From NCBI GenBank assembly GCA_910584305.1, contig CAJTZW010000003.1:10378-74377 (forward strand): DNA of 64,000 nucleotides. The letters are read 5' to 3'. Shown one piece after another: positions 29,306 through 38,865 of the stretch. The notes below the pieces were generated by a model. It did no database searches. It was not told where the DNA came from and saw only the letters and a program-made list of their open reading frames with translations. How positions within the stretch are numbered: the first letter of the stretch is position 1; the number at the start of each line of letters is the position of its first letter. Position numbers and translations under genes: made by a program. This DNA is from an uncultured Bacilli bacterium (lineage in GTDB: Bacteria; Bacillota_I; Bacilli_A; RF39; UBA660).

Positions 29306-29980
29306 TTATTTTTTATGATTTAATTGATAAACGAAGCTGTCATTGATTGCATCAATATCCTTTTTATCAGTAAAAACATCATTTTCATACATTTGTAACC
29401 TATTCAATAAACTTCTAAATCTATTTAATATTTCTATCTGCTTTCTATCAGTATTGCCCCCTACAATCATCTCCTGCTGTAATTCACAATCTAATTTCTC
29501 ACTATACCATTGTATTCCAATGTTCTCCAGCAATTCAATTCTTTCTTCACTTATTTTATGGTCACGGCCTCCTTTCCCTTTATAAGCTGCCCTCTGGGTG
29601 TTAATCCATTCCCCTAACTTTACACCTTTCTCATTCTTTTCATATCCATTTACTGTTTTAAAATTGAATGGTATATTTAAATTGCCATGATGCTCATAGT
29701 ATGCTTTAGCTAATTCATACATATCATTCCACTTACTATCAAAAATATTCCATGCCATTCCAATTTTTTCTAGTAATTGAATTCTTACTTTATTAATCTT
29801 ATGATTTTTATAATTTGTTCTTTGCGTACTAATCCATTTTCCTAACAATACACCTTCATCATTCTCTTCATACCCATTCACTGTTTTAAAATTGAATGGT
29901 ATATTTAAATTGCCATGATGCTCATAGTATGCTTTAGCTAACATATACATATCTGGCCATGTCATAGTTAATCTATTCAT
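29306..29980 (-). CDS. helicase-associated (HA) domain protein, two tandem HA repeats, no helicase core
   Basis: The unit W.DMY.LAKAYYEHHGNLNIPFNFKTVNGYE.N..GV.LG.WI.TQR..YK occurs twice, matching the HA domain that usually follows helicases. Start set at MNRLTMTW (GGGAGG SD). 24-bp gap to the ASCH gene, so probably co-transcribed. Confidence 0.6.
   Translation of the reverse strand: MNRLTMTWPDMYMLAKAYYEHHGNLNIPFNFKTVNGYEENDEGVLLGKWISTQRTNYKNHKINKVRIQLLEKIGMAWNIFDSKWNDMYELAKAYYEHHGNLNIPFNFKTVNGYEKNEKGVKLGEWINTQRAAYKGKGGRDHKISEERIELLENIGIQWYSEKLDCELQQEMIVGGNTDRKQIEILNRFRSLLNRLQMYENDVFTDKKDIDAINDSFVYQLNHKK
29649..29710. repeat. 62-bp perfect direct repeat, copy 1 (intragenic, HA-domain gene); copy 2 at 29882-29943
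   Basis: actgttttaaaattgaatggtatatttaaattgccatgatgctcatagtatgctttagctaa occurs identically twice, 233 bp apart, within more extended roughly 85% similar repeats that encode the two HA domains. Confidence 0.8.
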
Positions 29981-30220
29981 AATTAACCTCCCTAAAAATC
30001 TTTGTTCTCTGCAAAGAATCAAATAGAGTTATTCTACTTACAATTGTATACTTAATAACTCCTTCAAATTTCATATATGTGATACGCACTATAATAACAT
30101 AAAAGTCTATCTATGACAAGCCCTAGAATGCTTACCAATATAGTTTTAGTAACCTCTTATTAAATAGTAAATTACATCTTTTAAAAGTTTGTTAACTTAT
30201 ATAATACATCAAATAATGTC

Positions 30221-30244
30221 AATAAAATGCGCATAAAGCGCATT
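30221..30244 (-). terminator. rho-independent terminator after DUF2207 paralog 1
   Basis: aatgcgc-ataaa-gcgcatt with a T-run on the minus strand. Confidence 0.6.
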
Positions 30245-30276
30245 TCAACGATATAGTTTATACCAAATGGTAATAG

Positions 30277-32631
30277 TTAGAAGCGGCCACCACCTCCGCC
30301 ACCACCAAACGAACCACCGCCAGAAGAAAATCCGCCACCAGAACCAGACCCAGAGGAAAATCCTCCATCACTACTAGACGAATGTGCGGCAGTATAGGCA
30401 CTTTGAGCAGAACTATAGGACTTTGTTATAGCTCGTGATATATATCGATTCATAGTATACAAATCAAGATATATATTGAAAGAATCATTTGGTGCATTTA
30501 CCATCTCTACTTTCATAGCTTCTATGACCTTTTTTGCGCAACCAAATACAGTCGCATACACCAGATATTTTTCCCACAAAGCAACTTCTATCACTTCTTT
30601 ATCATAAAATCTTCCAAAATCATTTAAAAAGTTTCTAAAAGCTTTCCATTTTCTATAGTCTTCAGCACCTTTTTCTGTTCTTTTATTTGAATAGAACATA
30701 CAAGGCATGAGTCCAATTGATAGCACTAAAGTAGTAACATAAATAATCACAGATTGACGATAAAATTTCTGGTCACAGATAAGTATAATCTGAACAATTG
30801 AAATAATTATACAAGCAAATAACGCAATACCAAAAATCGCCTTATCTTTAGAGCTCGAAAATATAGATACCGATTTAACAACTGCCAAAACAATTACAAA
30901 TAATAAAAATGGAATCACTAGCAATGGAACAATTGATATCGCTAGTATTATAAAGAAAATTATAAGAAAGGATGTAGGCTTACCATTTTTCTTCTGTTTC
31001 TCATCAGATTCAAAAAACATATATTTTCTCGCATTAGAAAGCGCCTTCCTTTGATAAGAATTCCATCGTCTGATAAACCCATCATAGTCCCCTTTCGCAG
31101 CAGTTTTCATATGCTTAGTTTCTATACTAGATTCGCCATTAAAAATCAAATCCAACAGTTTTGATTCTAAATCCGTTACTAGTATTTCACCACTCTCATT
31201 CAATGTTAATCGATAGTTTTTAGAAGTCAATTTCTCAGCAATAATAATTTTTCTATGAATTAAATCAAGTAAAGTCGCAGTCATTGCACTATCTTTAATT
31301 TTTTTATGAAATAGATAAGATACTGTCTCAGGAGAATAATCGCTAGGAACTTCTCTCCAATATTTCTGACTAAACTCTGTCTTTGGATCCTTTACATACT
31401 TTTTATAAATAGAATATCCAATAAACAATATAATGGCTAATAAGATAAAACCGAAAATATAATTTATCCTCTCTCGAGCTAACTCTGATTCTCTAACAAC
31501 ATTCTCAACGATAACAAGCTGATTCAATAATTCATTTTTAACATCCAAATTATCAAGTATCTCGATTTTCTCCTTCGCATTTTTATATGAAAGATATGTC
31601 GGATACTCTAAAGCAACTGCTAATTCTTCTCTTGCCTCAGCTTCCTCTATCCCATCAAGAATTAATTTAAGATTTGAAATTTTTTCTAAATATTCATTTT
31701 TTATATCAGAATCAGGAAGCTTATCTACATATCTGAGTGCAGATTCATAATTACCCCTTGTCGGATCAATCTCAAATTGATTTACATGTGTAATCGCATC
31801 TTGTAATTGCATTTTCTCTTGATTTTCTCTTTCATAATTTGCCTTTGCTGCAGCATCCTCTTCATATAATAAAATCTTATCCAATGCATTTACATTCGTT
31901 TCTTTCTTACTATCTTTTATAACATCTAAATCAAAAGTAGCTCTAACATCAATTGCCCTATAACTACTTAAATTTTGAATAGATGCATATACAGTTTCTG
32001 AATTCATAATTTGAACAGAACCATTTAATGGTCCATGCCCCCAAACTCTGATATTGGTATTCCCTGGAAAATGAAGATACCCTTTTAAATTACCAACCGA
32101 TTCTGTAAGCGCATTACCAACAATATTCCATCCAATTTCACCAACATCATTATGGCGAATTGCCATATTTAAAATACGATATTTGATATAAAATGCTTTA
32201 TGATAACTAGATGGATTATACATTAAAATACGATTCCCATAATTTTCATCATCCACTGTATAAACACCATAATCACCTTTAGAAGCACTGTATACTTTTT
32301 CGAATATATCCCCACCAATATTTGAAAAATCAAAACTAGAAGTAACTGGAACCGCCCTTATCTCAAGAATCTCAAGTCCTGTTCCATTATGAATAGAACT
32401 ACCACCAAAAGAAGCCATAGCAGGATCAAATTCATATACACTAGTATTCGCATATTCTATAATTCTTTCAAATCCATTAAAATCTCCCGTTAAATTAAAA
32501 TATTCCTGCACCAAAAGATCCCCACTAGATTCAACCGTCGCATCAATATAATAGTTTTCAATTCCATACGCCTTAACACAAAAAGGAAAAAACATAATAA
32601 AAGTGAAAAAAAGAATTTTTAATTTATTCAT
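30277..32631 (-). CDS. DUF2207-family membrane protein (paralog 1, 784 aa) with C-terminal Gly-rich tail
   Basis: Signal/TM, N-terminal extracytoplasmic domain, coiled-coil linker, TM bundle, ..WEKYLVYATVFGC.. and GGGFSSGGGSFGGGGGGGRF tail, as in DUF2207 predicted membrane proteins. The first 253 aa are identical to the downstream paralog. Confidence 0.6.
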   Translation of the reverse strand: MNKLKILFFTFIMFFPFCVKAYGIENYYIDATVESSGDLLVQEYFNLTGDFNGFERIIEYANTSVYEFDPAMASFGGSSIHNGTGLEILEIRAVPVTSSFDFSNIGGDIFEKVYSASKGDYGVYTVDDENYGNRILMYNPSSYHKAFYIKYRILNMAIRHNDVGEIGWNIVGNALTESVGNLKGYLHFPGNTNIRVWGHGPLNGSVQIMNSETVYASIQNLSSYRAIDVRATFDLDVIKDSKKETNVNALDKILLYEEDAAAKANYERENQEKMQLQDAITHVNQFEIDPTRGNYESALRYVDKLPDSDIKNEYLEKISNLKLILDGIEEAEAREELAVALEYPTYLSYKNAKEKIEILDNLDVKNELLNQLVIVENVVRESELARERINYIFGFILLAIILFIGYSIYKKYVKDPKTEFSQKYWREVPSDYSPETVSYLFHKKIKDSAMTATLLDLIHRKIIIAEKLTSKNYRLTLNESGEILVTDLESKLLDLIFNGESSIETKHMKTAAKGDYDGFIRRWNSYQRKALSNARKYMFFESDEKQKKNGKPTSFLIIFFIILAISIVPLLVIPFLLFVIVLAVVKSVSIFSSSKDKAIFGIALFACIIISIVQIILICDQKFYRQSVIIYVTTLVLSIGLMPCMFYSNKRTEKGAEDYRKWKAFRNFLNDFGRFYDKEVIEVALWEKYLVYATVFGCAKKVIEAMKVEMVNAPNDSFNIYLDLYTMNRYISRAITKSYSSAQSAYTAAHSSSSDGGFSSGSGSGGGFSSGGGSFGGGGGGGRF

Positions 32632-32680
32632 TACTCGTACACCTTACCTTTAGTTAATTATACCATAAAATAATACGAAT
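31873..32680. repeat. about 808-bp near-identical direct repeat, copy 1 (5' end plus 5'UTR of DUF2207 gene); copy 2 at 34006-34812
   Basis: First 759 coding nt and about 50 nt upstream are essentially identical between the two tandem genes. Their 3' ends and terminators (30218-30330 versus 32697-32800) are also about 85% similar. Confidence 0.8.
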
Positions 32681-32699
32681 GATTATAAAAAATTGAAAA

Positions 32700-32723
32700 A
32701 TAAAAATGCGCATAAAGCACATT
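32700..32723 (-). terminator. rho-independent terminator after DUF2207 paralog 2 (one mismatch in stem)
   Basis: aatgcgc-ataaa-gcacatt with a T-run; a duplicated copy of the 30221 element. Confidence 0.5.
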
Positions 32724-32748
32724 TCAACGATATACCAGATGGCAGTAG

Positions 32749-34764
32749 TTAGAAACGGCCACCACCTCCACCACCACCAAACGAACCACCGCCAGAGGAA
32801 AAGTCTCCACCAGAACCAGATGATGAACTTCGACCAGAAGACAAACCATATGACCTACTTGAAACTCTATATACAGAATAAATAGAGTCTGTAATACATT
32901 TAGAAAATTGTAAATCACAATACATATCCCCTGAAATAGAAGAATAGTCATCTATTGATTTTAATCTCATAGCTTTTAAAATTCTCTTCGAACATCCAAA
33001 TAAAGTCGCATATACTAAATATTTTTCCCAAAGTGTAACTTCCATCACTTCTTTATCCTGAAAGGATCCAAAATCATTTAAAAATCTTTTAATAGCTTTC
33101 CACTTTTTATATTCTAAAATTCCTTTTTCTGTTCTTTTATGAGTTTTACGTAAAATAATCAGTGATGCAATAGCGCCAATTAAAATCATAAAATATATCC
33201 ATATATAAACATTTGAAATTGCCATATCCTGTAATTTATATATACAAAAAAGAATTATATCACCATAGATTATGCCAAAAACAAGCTTTTTTAAATCATT
33301 CGTTGGAGAACCTAATATCAACTCTATAATACATATATAAAAAAGTACAAGAAAAATAAACCCTACATTTAATGAATATATAAGTATCAACAACAAAGGA
33401 ATTAAAAATGAGAAAAGAAGGAGAAGAAGTATATCACCTTTTTTTGATTTAGATTTAGATTCACTATCTTTGCCATTATCAATTCTCTTCTTTTTAGACT
33501 TTTCTATATCTTGTTCATAAAATTCATATTGTTTTGCAATTTCTAAACATTGATTATAATAATTACTATAATTCATGTGATAAGATTGCCTAGCTTTCTT
33601 TGCATATTTTTTAATATCTTTAGTCTCAATACTACTTCTTTTATTAAAGATAAACTTTATAAGTTTTTCATAGACAGGGGGAATTGTATCATTATATTCC
33701 TTATTCAATATAAGCTTATAATTATTTTTCCCTTTCTTTTCGACCATAACTATTTTTCTTTCAATTAAATCAAGCACTGAGGCAGATAATGCACGCTTAT
33801 TTATTTTCTTATAAAATAAATAGGAAATAGTTGTCGGAATATAATCATCATCTATATTTCTATAATATTCATGATTAAAGAAAAGCTTAGAATAATATCG
33901 TCTATACACCAATATTCCTAAAACAAGTAAAATTATGATACATAGAACAACTTCCACCCATTGTATCAATCTGTTACGATTTGCAAGATTAATCTCATAA
34001 AGAATAATCTTATCCAATGCATTTACATTCGTTTCTTTCTTACTATCTTTTATAACATCTAAATCAAAAGTAGCTCTAACATCAATTGCCCTATAACTAC
34101 TTAAATTTTGAATAGATGCATATACAGTTTCTGAATTCATAATTTGAACAGAACCATTTAATGGTCCATGCCCCCAAACTCTGATATTGGTATTCCCTGG
34201 AAAATGAAGATACCCTTTTAAATTACCAACCGATTCTGTAAGCGCATTACCAACAATATTCCATCCAATTTCACCAACATCATTATGGCGAATTGCCATA
34301 TTTAAAATACGATATTTGATATAAAATGCTTTATGATAACTAGATGGATTATACATTAAAATACGATTCCCATAATTTTCATCATCCACTGTATAAACAC
34401 CATAATCACCTTTAGAAGCACTGTATACTTTTTCGAATATATCCCCACCAATATTTGAAAAATCAAAACTAGAAGTAACTGGAACCGCCCTTATCTCAAG
34501 AATCTCAAGTCCTGTTCCATTATGAATAGAACTACCACCAAAAGAAGCCATAGCAGGATCAAATTCATATACACTAGTATTCGCATATTCTATAATTCTT
34601 TCAAATCCATTAAAATCTCCCGTTAAATTAAAATATTCCTGCACCAAAAGATCCCCACTAGATTCAACCGTCGCATCAATATAATAGTTTTCAATTCCAT
34701 ACGCCTTAACACAAAAAGGAAAAAACATAATAAAAGTGAAAAAAAGAATTTTTAATTTATTCAT
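32749..34764 (-). CDS. DUF2207-family membrane protein (paralog 2, 671 aa)
   Basis: Identical N-terminal 253 aa, divergent middle (lacks the long coiled-coil of paralog 1), similar C-terminal ..WEKYLVYATLFGC.. and Gly-rich tail. Confidence 0.6.
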   Translation of the reverse strand: MNKLKILFFTFIMFFPFCVKAYGIENYYIDATVESSGDLLVQEYFNLTGDFNGFERIIEYANTSVYEFDPAMASFGGSSIHNGTGLEILEIRAVPVTSSFDFSNIGGDIFEKVYSASKGDYGVYTVDDENYGNRILMYNPSSYHKAFYIKYRILNMAIRHNDVGEIGWNIVGNALTESVGNLKGYLHFPGNTNIRVWGHGPLNGSVQIMNSETVYASIQNLSSYRAIDVRATFDLDVIKDSKKETNVNALDKIILYEINLANRNRLIQWVEVVLCIIILLVLGILVYRRYYSKLFFNHEYYRNIDDDYIPTTISYLFYKKINKRALSASVLDLIERKIVMVEKKGKNNYKLILNKEYNDTIPPVYEKLIKFIFNKRSSIETKDIKKYAKKARQSYHMNYSNYYNQCLEIAKQYEFYEQDIEKSKKKRIDNGKDSESKSKSKKGDILLLLLFSFLIPLLLILIYSLNVGFIFLVLFYICIIELILGSPTNDLKKLVFGIIYGDIILFCIYKLQDMAISNVYIWIYFMILIGAIASLIILRKTHKRTEKGILEYKKWKAIKRFLNDFGSFQDKEVMEVTLWEKYLVYATLFGCSKRILKAMRLKSIDDYSSISGDMYCDLQFSKCITDSIYSVYRVSSRSYGLSSGRSSSSGSGGDFSSGGGSFGGGGGGGRF

Positions 34765-34815
34765 TATTCGTACACCTTACCTTTAGTTAATTATACCATA
34801 AAATAATACAGACTA

Positions 34816-36036
34816 TTATAAAATATTTTTATAAAATTGAAGAATAAATGTCGTTCCAACTTTCTTTTGGGATTCTACTTTAATATAGCCATTTTGTTTT
34901 TCAATAATGCTCTTTGCCATATTAAGACCAATCCCAATACTCTCCTTATTTGTATTCCCATGATAAAATCTCTCAAATATGTGAGGTAAATCTTTACTGG
35001 AGATTCCTTCACCAGTATCCTGAATCTTAATTTCAGTGTAAATAGGATTCTCTGTATAGGAGATAGTAATCGTTCCAGCCACAGGTGTATGTTCATATGC
35101 ATTTTTTATAATATTAACTAGCGCTTCAACGGTCCACTTTTCATCCACAGAAATACAAATATTGTTATCCCCTTCTATAATAATATTCTGCTCCTTTAAC
35201 TCTATTGGGATTCGAAGAGGAGAAATTGCCCTCTCAAGCAATTCATATACAAAAACATTCTCTTGTTTCAGTGTAACCATTCCACTATCTAACCTAGATA
35301 ATTTTAAAAGAGATGTTACAAGCCACTCAATTCGTTCTAATTGTGCACGATTTTTACTAAGCATTTCTTTCTTTTTCTCATAATCAATATCATCATTCTC
35401 TAAAATATCATTAATCACATACATACTAGTCAGTGGTGTTTTTAACTGATGTGAAATATCTGACAAAACAGAAGCTAAGTGCTTTTTTTCATGACTAGAA
35501 TAATTTTCTTTCTCCTTTAACAAATTCGTAACTTTATAAATATCATTTTTAAGAGAACTAAACTCACTCTCTTTATATTCACGAATATCAATAGAATAAT
35601 CTCCTTTTAAAACCCTATTAAAATAATCCTGAATCTGTTCTATTCTTAGATATTCCTTTCTCTTGTCATATAAATAAATAAAAAGCAAAACGAAAATAAA
35701 TACAATCCCTATTAAAAGAGTATGATAAACCATCTGCCATTTTAAGTCTTTCAAAGTTCCCATATATTCATAGCCATCAATATCATTAAGTCCATACTTC
35801 TGTAAAATACGCTCCCCATCTTCTGTAGAAATTGGATGAATTAATGAATCCATAACATCTTCTTCTAAATCAGGATACTTGTTAAAAATAGAGGATACAA
35901 TCGAATTATAATTATCATACAATATCTCTTTATAAGAACGATACAACATGTAATTAGATACAATAGAAACACCCAAAAATAATGAACTTATTATAATAAA
36001 AATCTTTATATATCGTTTTGTACTTGTATGAAACAT
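34816..36036 (-). CDS. sensor histidine kinase (two TM, HisKA plus HATPase_c)
   Basis: H-box ..SDISHQLKTPLTS.., N-box ..NIIKNAYEHT.., G-boxes ..DTGEGIS.. and ..GIGLNMAK.. Start abuts the response-regulator stop. Confidence 0.8.
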   Translation of the reverse strand: MFHTSTKRYIKIFIIISSLFLGVSIVSNYMLYRSYKEILYDNYNSIVSSIFNKYPDLEEDVMDSLIHPISTEDGERILQKYGLNDIDGYEYMGTLKDLKWQMVYHTLLIGIVFIFVLLFIYLYDKRKEYLRIEQIQDYFNRVLKGDYSIDIREYKESEFSSLKNDIYKVTNLLKEKENYSSHEKKHLASVLSDISHQLKTPLTSMYVINDILENDDIDYEKKKEMLSKNRAQLERIEWLVTSLLKLSRLDSGMVTLKQENVFVYELLERAISPLRIPIELKEQNIIIEGDNNICISVDEKWTVEALVNIIKNAYEHTPVAGTITISYTENPIYTEIKIQDTGEGISSKDLPHIFERFYHGNTNKESIGIGLNMAKSIIEKQNGYIKVESQKKVGTTFILQFYKNIL

Positions 36037-36711
36037 TTACACACCTACTTTATACCCTATACCACGAACCGTAATAATAATTTTGGGAGAATTTGGATCA
36101 TCCTCTATTTTCTCTCGAATTCTTTTTACATATACAGTTAATGTATTGTCATTTACAAAAGCTTCATTCACATCCCATATATCAGCAAGAATCTTTTCAC
36201 GACTAAATACTGTATTAGGATTTAAAGCAAGAATTAACAAAATCTTATACTCTAAAGCTGTCAGCATAACATCAATTCCATTTTTAAATACTTTGGCTTG
36301 TTTCATATCAATTACAACATCATGTAACTCTATAACATTGGAATCATTTTTCCCCTTCGTTCTTCGTAAAACATTCTTAATACGAGATACAAGTTCCCTT
36401 GCTTTAAATGGTTTTGTAACATAATCATCTGCTCCCATATCAAGGCCCATAACAACAGATACTTCCAAATCATTTGCGGTCAAAAAGATAATAGGAACAT
36501 CTCGAACCTGTTTCATCTCTTTAAATAAATCAAAGCCACTTCCATCCGGTAAGTTTACATCAAGTAAAATCAAGGCAATAGAATCATCAAAACATTTCCT
36601 TGCACACTCCATACTATCTGCTTCAACTACAGTAAATCCTTCTTGTTCTAAATAATACTTAAGCCCAAGACGAATCGAACTATCATCCTCTATCACCAAA
36701 ATTTTAGACAT
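36037..36711 (-). CDS. OmpR-family response regulator
   Basis: Receiver domain (..ILVIEDD..D..LPDGSG..K..) plus winged-helix trans_reg_C (..TVRGIGYKV). Start set at MSKILVIEDD (GGTGA SD). Confidence 0.85.
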   Translation of the reverse strand: MSKILVIEDDSSIRLGLKYYLEQEGFTVVEADSMECARKCFDDSIALILLDVNLPDGSGFDLFKEMKQVRDVPIIFLTANDLEVSVVMGLDMGADDYVTKPFKARELVSRIKNVLRRTKGKNDSNVIELHDVVIDMKQAKVFKNGIDVMLTALEYKILLILALNPNTVFSREKILADIWDVNEAFVNDNTLTVYVKRIREKIEDDPNSPKIIITVRGIGYKVGV

Positions 36712-36771
36712 ATGTATCACCAAATCCATTATACTATAAAAATTCAATCTATGAATGACTTTTTTGTAACA

Positions 36772-37458
36772 TTAAAATAAAGATAAAATGAATGGAGAAA
36801 GCAAAATAGATGTAATATTTACAACAATATGAAAAACCATAGAAAGTCGAATATCATGATACTTTTGATATATAAAGGTAAGAAAATATCCTATAAAGCA
36901 AGCGAATACAATCTGGAATATACCCCCTGTATGAAATAAAGCAAAGATAAGAACGGATAGATAGAAAGCAACTTTCCCACGAAATACTATTGAAAGACGT
37001 CCATATACAATTCCACGAAATAATAGCTCTTCTAATATAGGACCCAAAATACCAGTTGCCACAATAACAGTGATTGTAATAGAAGTTGGGACCATTTCAA
37101 CCTGTAAAAAATGTTTACTCATGATAATTAAAAAATTAAGAACAAACGACAATAAAAATGATACTACACATAATAAAATAATCTTCTTAATAGAGACAGG
37201 CACTCTTGCTACGCGATATTTTTTATATATGAAATAAAAAAGGGGTATAAATATAAGACACTCAATTCCTACAATAAATAAAGTTTGACCATCCATATAA
37301 TTTAGTAAAATCCCATTCGAACTAGCGTCATCCCAATTGACACCAGAATTCTGTACCATATAAACAAGCATAAATACGCCACAAATAAAAACTTGACCAA
37401 TTCCAAACAGAATTGGCCAAAGTAATACCTTAACAACTTCTAAAAATTTAGAAATCAA
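36772..37458 (-). CDS. CPBP family intramembrane glutamic endopeptidase (CAAX protease-like)
   Basis: Motifs ..EELLFRG.. and ..FALFH.. in a polytopic protein. Confidence 0.7.
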   Translation of the reverse strand: MISKFLEVVKVLLWPILFGIGQVFICGVFMLVYMVQNSGVNWDDASSNGILLNYMDGQTLFIVGIECLIFIPLFYFIYKKYRVARVPVSIKKIILLCVVSFLLSFVLNFLIIMSKHFLQVEMVPTSITITVIVATGILGPILEELLFRGIVYGRLSIVFRGKVAFYLSVLIFALFHTGGIFQIVFACFIGYFLTFIYQKYHDIRLSMVFHIVVNITSILLSPFILSLF

Positions 37459-37460
37459 GA

Positions 37461-38354
37461 TTATTTTCCTTTAGGTTCCTTAAACATCTCTGAAACAGTT
37501 GTTCCAAGTGCTGCAATATTTTGAAGTTCAGATGGAATAATAATTTTTGTGGCTTGACCATTGGCTACATTCGATAATGCTTCAAAACTCTTTAAAGTAA
37601 GCACAGATGTATCCGCTTTTGCATCCTTTAATAAACGAATTCCTTCAGCTTCTGCTTGTTTTAATTTCAGCATTGCCTCAGCTTCACCCTCTGCAATACG
37701 AATTTGTGACTCTTTATTTGCTTCAGCACGTAAAATCGCACTCTCTTTCTCACCTTCAGCAATTAGAATGCTAGATTTCTTTTCACCCTCTGCTTGTAAG
37801 ATTTTCTCACGTCTTTCACGCTCTGCACGCATTTGTTTTTCCATAGCCTCTTGTATATCACGAGGTGGAATAATATTCTTAACCTCTACACGGTTTACCT
37901 TAATACCCCATGGATCAGTTGCCTCATCCAAAATAGAACGCATTTTAGAATTGATAATATCCCTCGATGTAAGTGTTTGATCAAGTTCTAACTCTCCAAT
38001 TAAATTACGAAGTGTTGTTGCAGTTAAATTCTCAATAGCGCTAATAGGATGTTCCACTCCATATGTATAAAGCTTAGCATCCGTAATTTGATAATACACC
38101 ACTGTATCAATTTGCATCGTTACATTATCTTTCGTAATAACCGGCTGTGGAGCAAAATCCTTTACAATCTCTTTTAAAGTTACTACATTTGATACACGAT
38201 CTAAAAAAGGTAACTTAAAATGTAATCCATTCTTCCAAGTCGTATAATAAGACCCAACTCTCTCAATTACATATACTTTTGCCTGCGGTACAACTTTAAC
38301 ACTTGGAATAATTAATACCACAACCAAGATTAGTAAAATTATAAAAATATCCAT
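37461..38354 (-). CDS. SPFH/band-7 (stomatin/prohibitin-like) protein
   Basis: N-terminal TM plus SPFH core plus C-terminal coiled coil with EAE/AEG repeats. Start set at MDIFII (GGGAGG SD), which removes the overlap with nfeD. Confidence 0.8.
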   Translation of the reverse strand: MDIFIILLILVVVLIIPSVKVVPQAKVYVIERVGSYYTTWKNGLHFKLPFLDRVSNVVTLKEIVKDFAPQPVITKDNVTMQIDTVVYYQITDAKLYTYGVEHPISAIENLTATTLRNLIGELELDQTLTSRDIINSKMRSILDEATDPWGIKVNRVEVKNIIPPRDIQEAMEKQMRAERERREKILQAEGEKKSSILIAEGEKESAILRAEANKESQIRIAEGEAEAMLKLKQAEAEGIRLLKDAKADTSVLTLKSFEALSNVANGQATKIIIPSELQNIAALGTTVSEMFKEPKGK

Positions 38355-38356
38355 AC

Positions 38357-38785
38357 TTAATCCTCCCATTTCCCTACTTTTAATTTTACACCATCTATCT
38401 CAAGTATTTTAACAATACTATCGACCTTAAATTCTTCATTAGAAATCGCTGTCCAACGCTTCCCATCAACCTTGACTTCACCAGAATTGTTTAAAGAAAT
38501 ATTCTCTGTAACAATCCCCTTCATACCAATAATTCTATCTGCATTTGTTCTCACATCATTCTTGCGAAAAAACTTAGAAAGCAAAGGCCTTGTCGTTATC
38601 AATAAGACAATTCCTAAAATTACAAACACAGCAAGTTGAATAAAGAAATTATCAGTTACAAATGACAACAATAAAGAAACAATTCCACTTGCAACAAACC
38701 AAATTGTTGTCAAATTAATTGTCATAACCTCCACTGCAGCAAGTAAAATAACAATCATTAACCAAATATAAAACATATGAATCAC
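38357..38785 (-). CDS. NfeD-family membrane protein (partner of SPFH)
   Basis: 142 aa; N-terminal TM helices plus C-terminal OB-fold segment. Conserved NfeD-SPFH operon arrangement. Confidence 0.65.
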   Translation of the reverse strand: MIHMFYIWLMIVILLAAVEVMTINLTTIWFVASGIVSLLLSFVTDNFFIQLAVFVILGIVLLITTRPLLSKFFRKNDVRTNADRIIGMKGIVTENISLNNSGEVKVDGKRWTAISNEEFKVDSIVKILEIDGVKLKVGKWED

Positions 38786-38865
38786 CTACTACCAGTATAC
38801 TATTAAACTTTAGAAAATACAACAAAAAACGACGATTAGTCGTTTGCTATATATTAAATTTCCAA

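Noticed and set aside
30277-30360. Gly-rich C-terminal tails (GGGFSSGGGSFGGGGGGGRF) as collagen-like or secretion signal repeats
   Set aside because: This is the ordinary low-complexity C-terminus of the DUF2207 family, not an independent feature.
32724-32951. 75-aa minus ORF overlapping the 3' end of DUF2207 paralog 2 in another frame
   Set aside because: Alternative-frame reading of the Gly-rich tail region; the in-frame DUF2207 C-terminus is conserved with its paralog.
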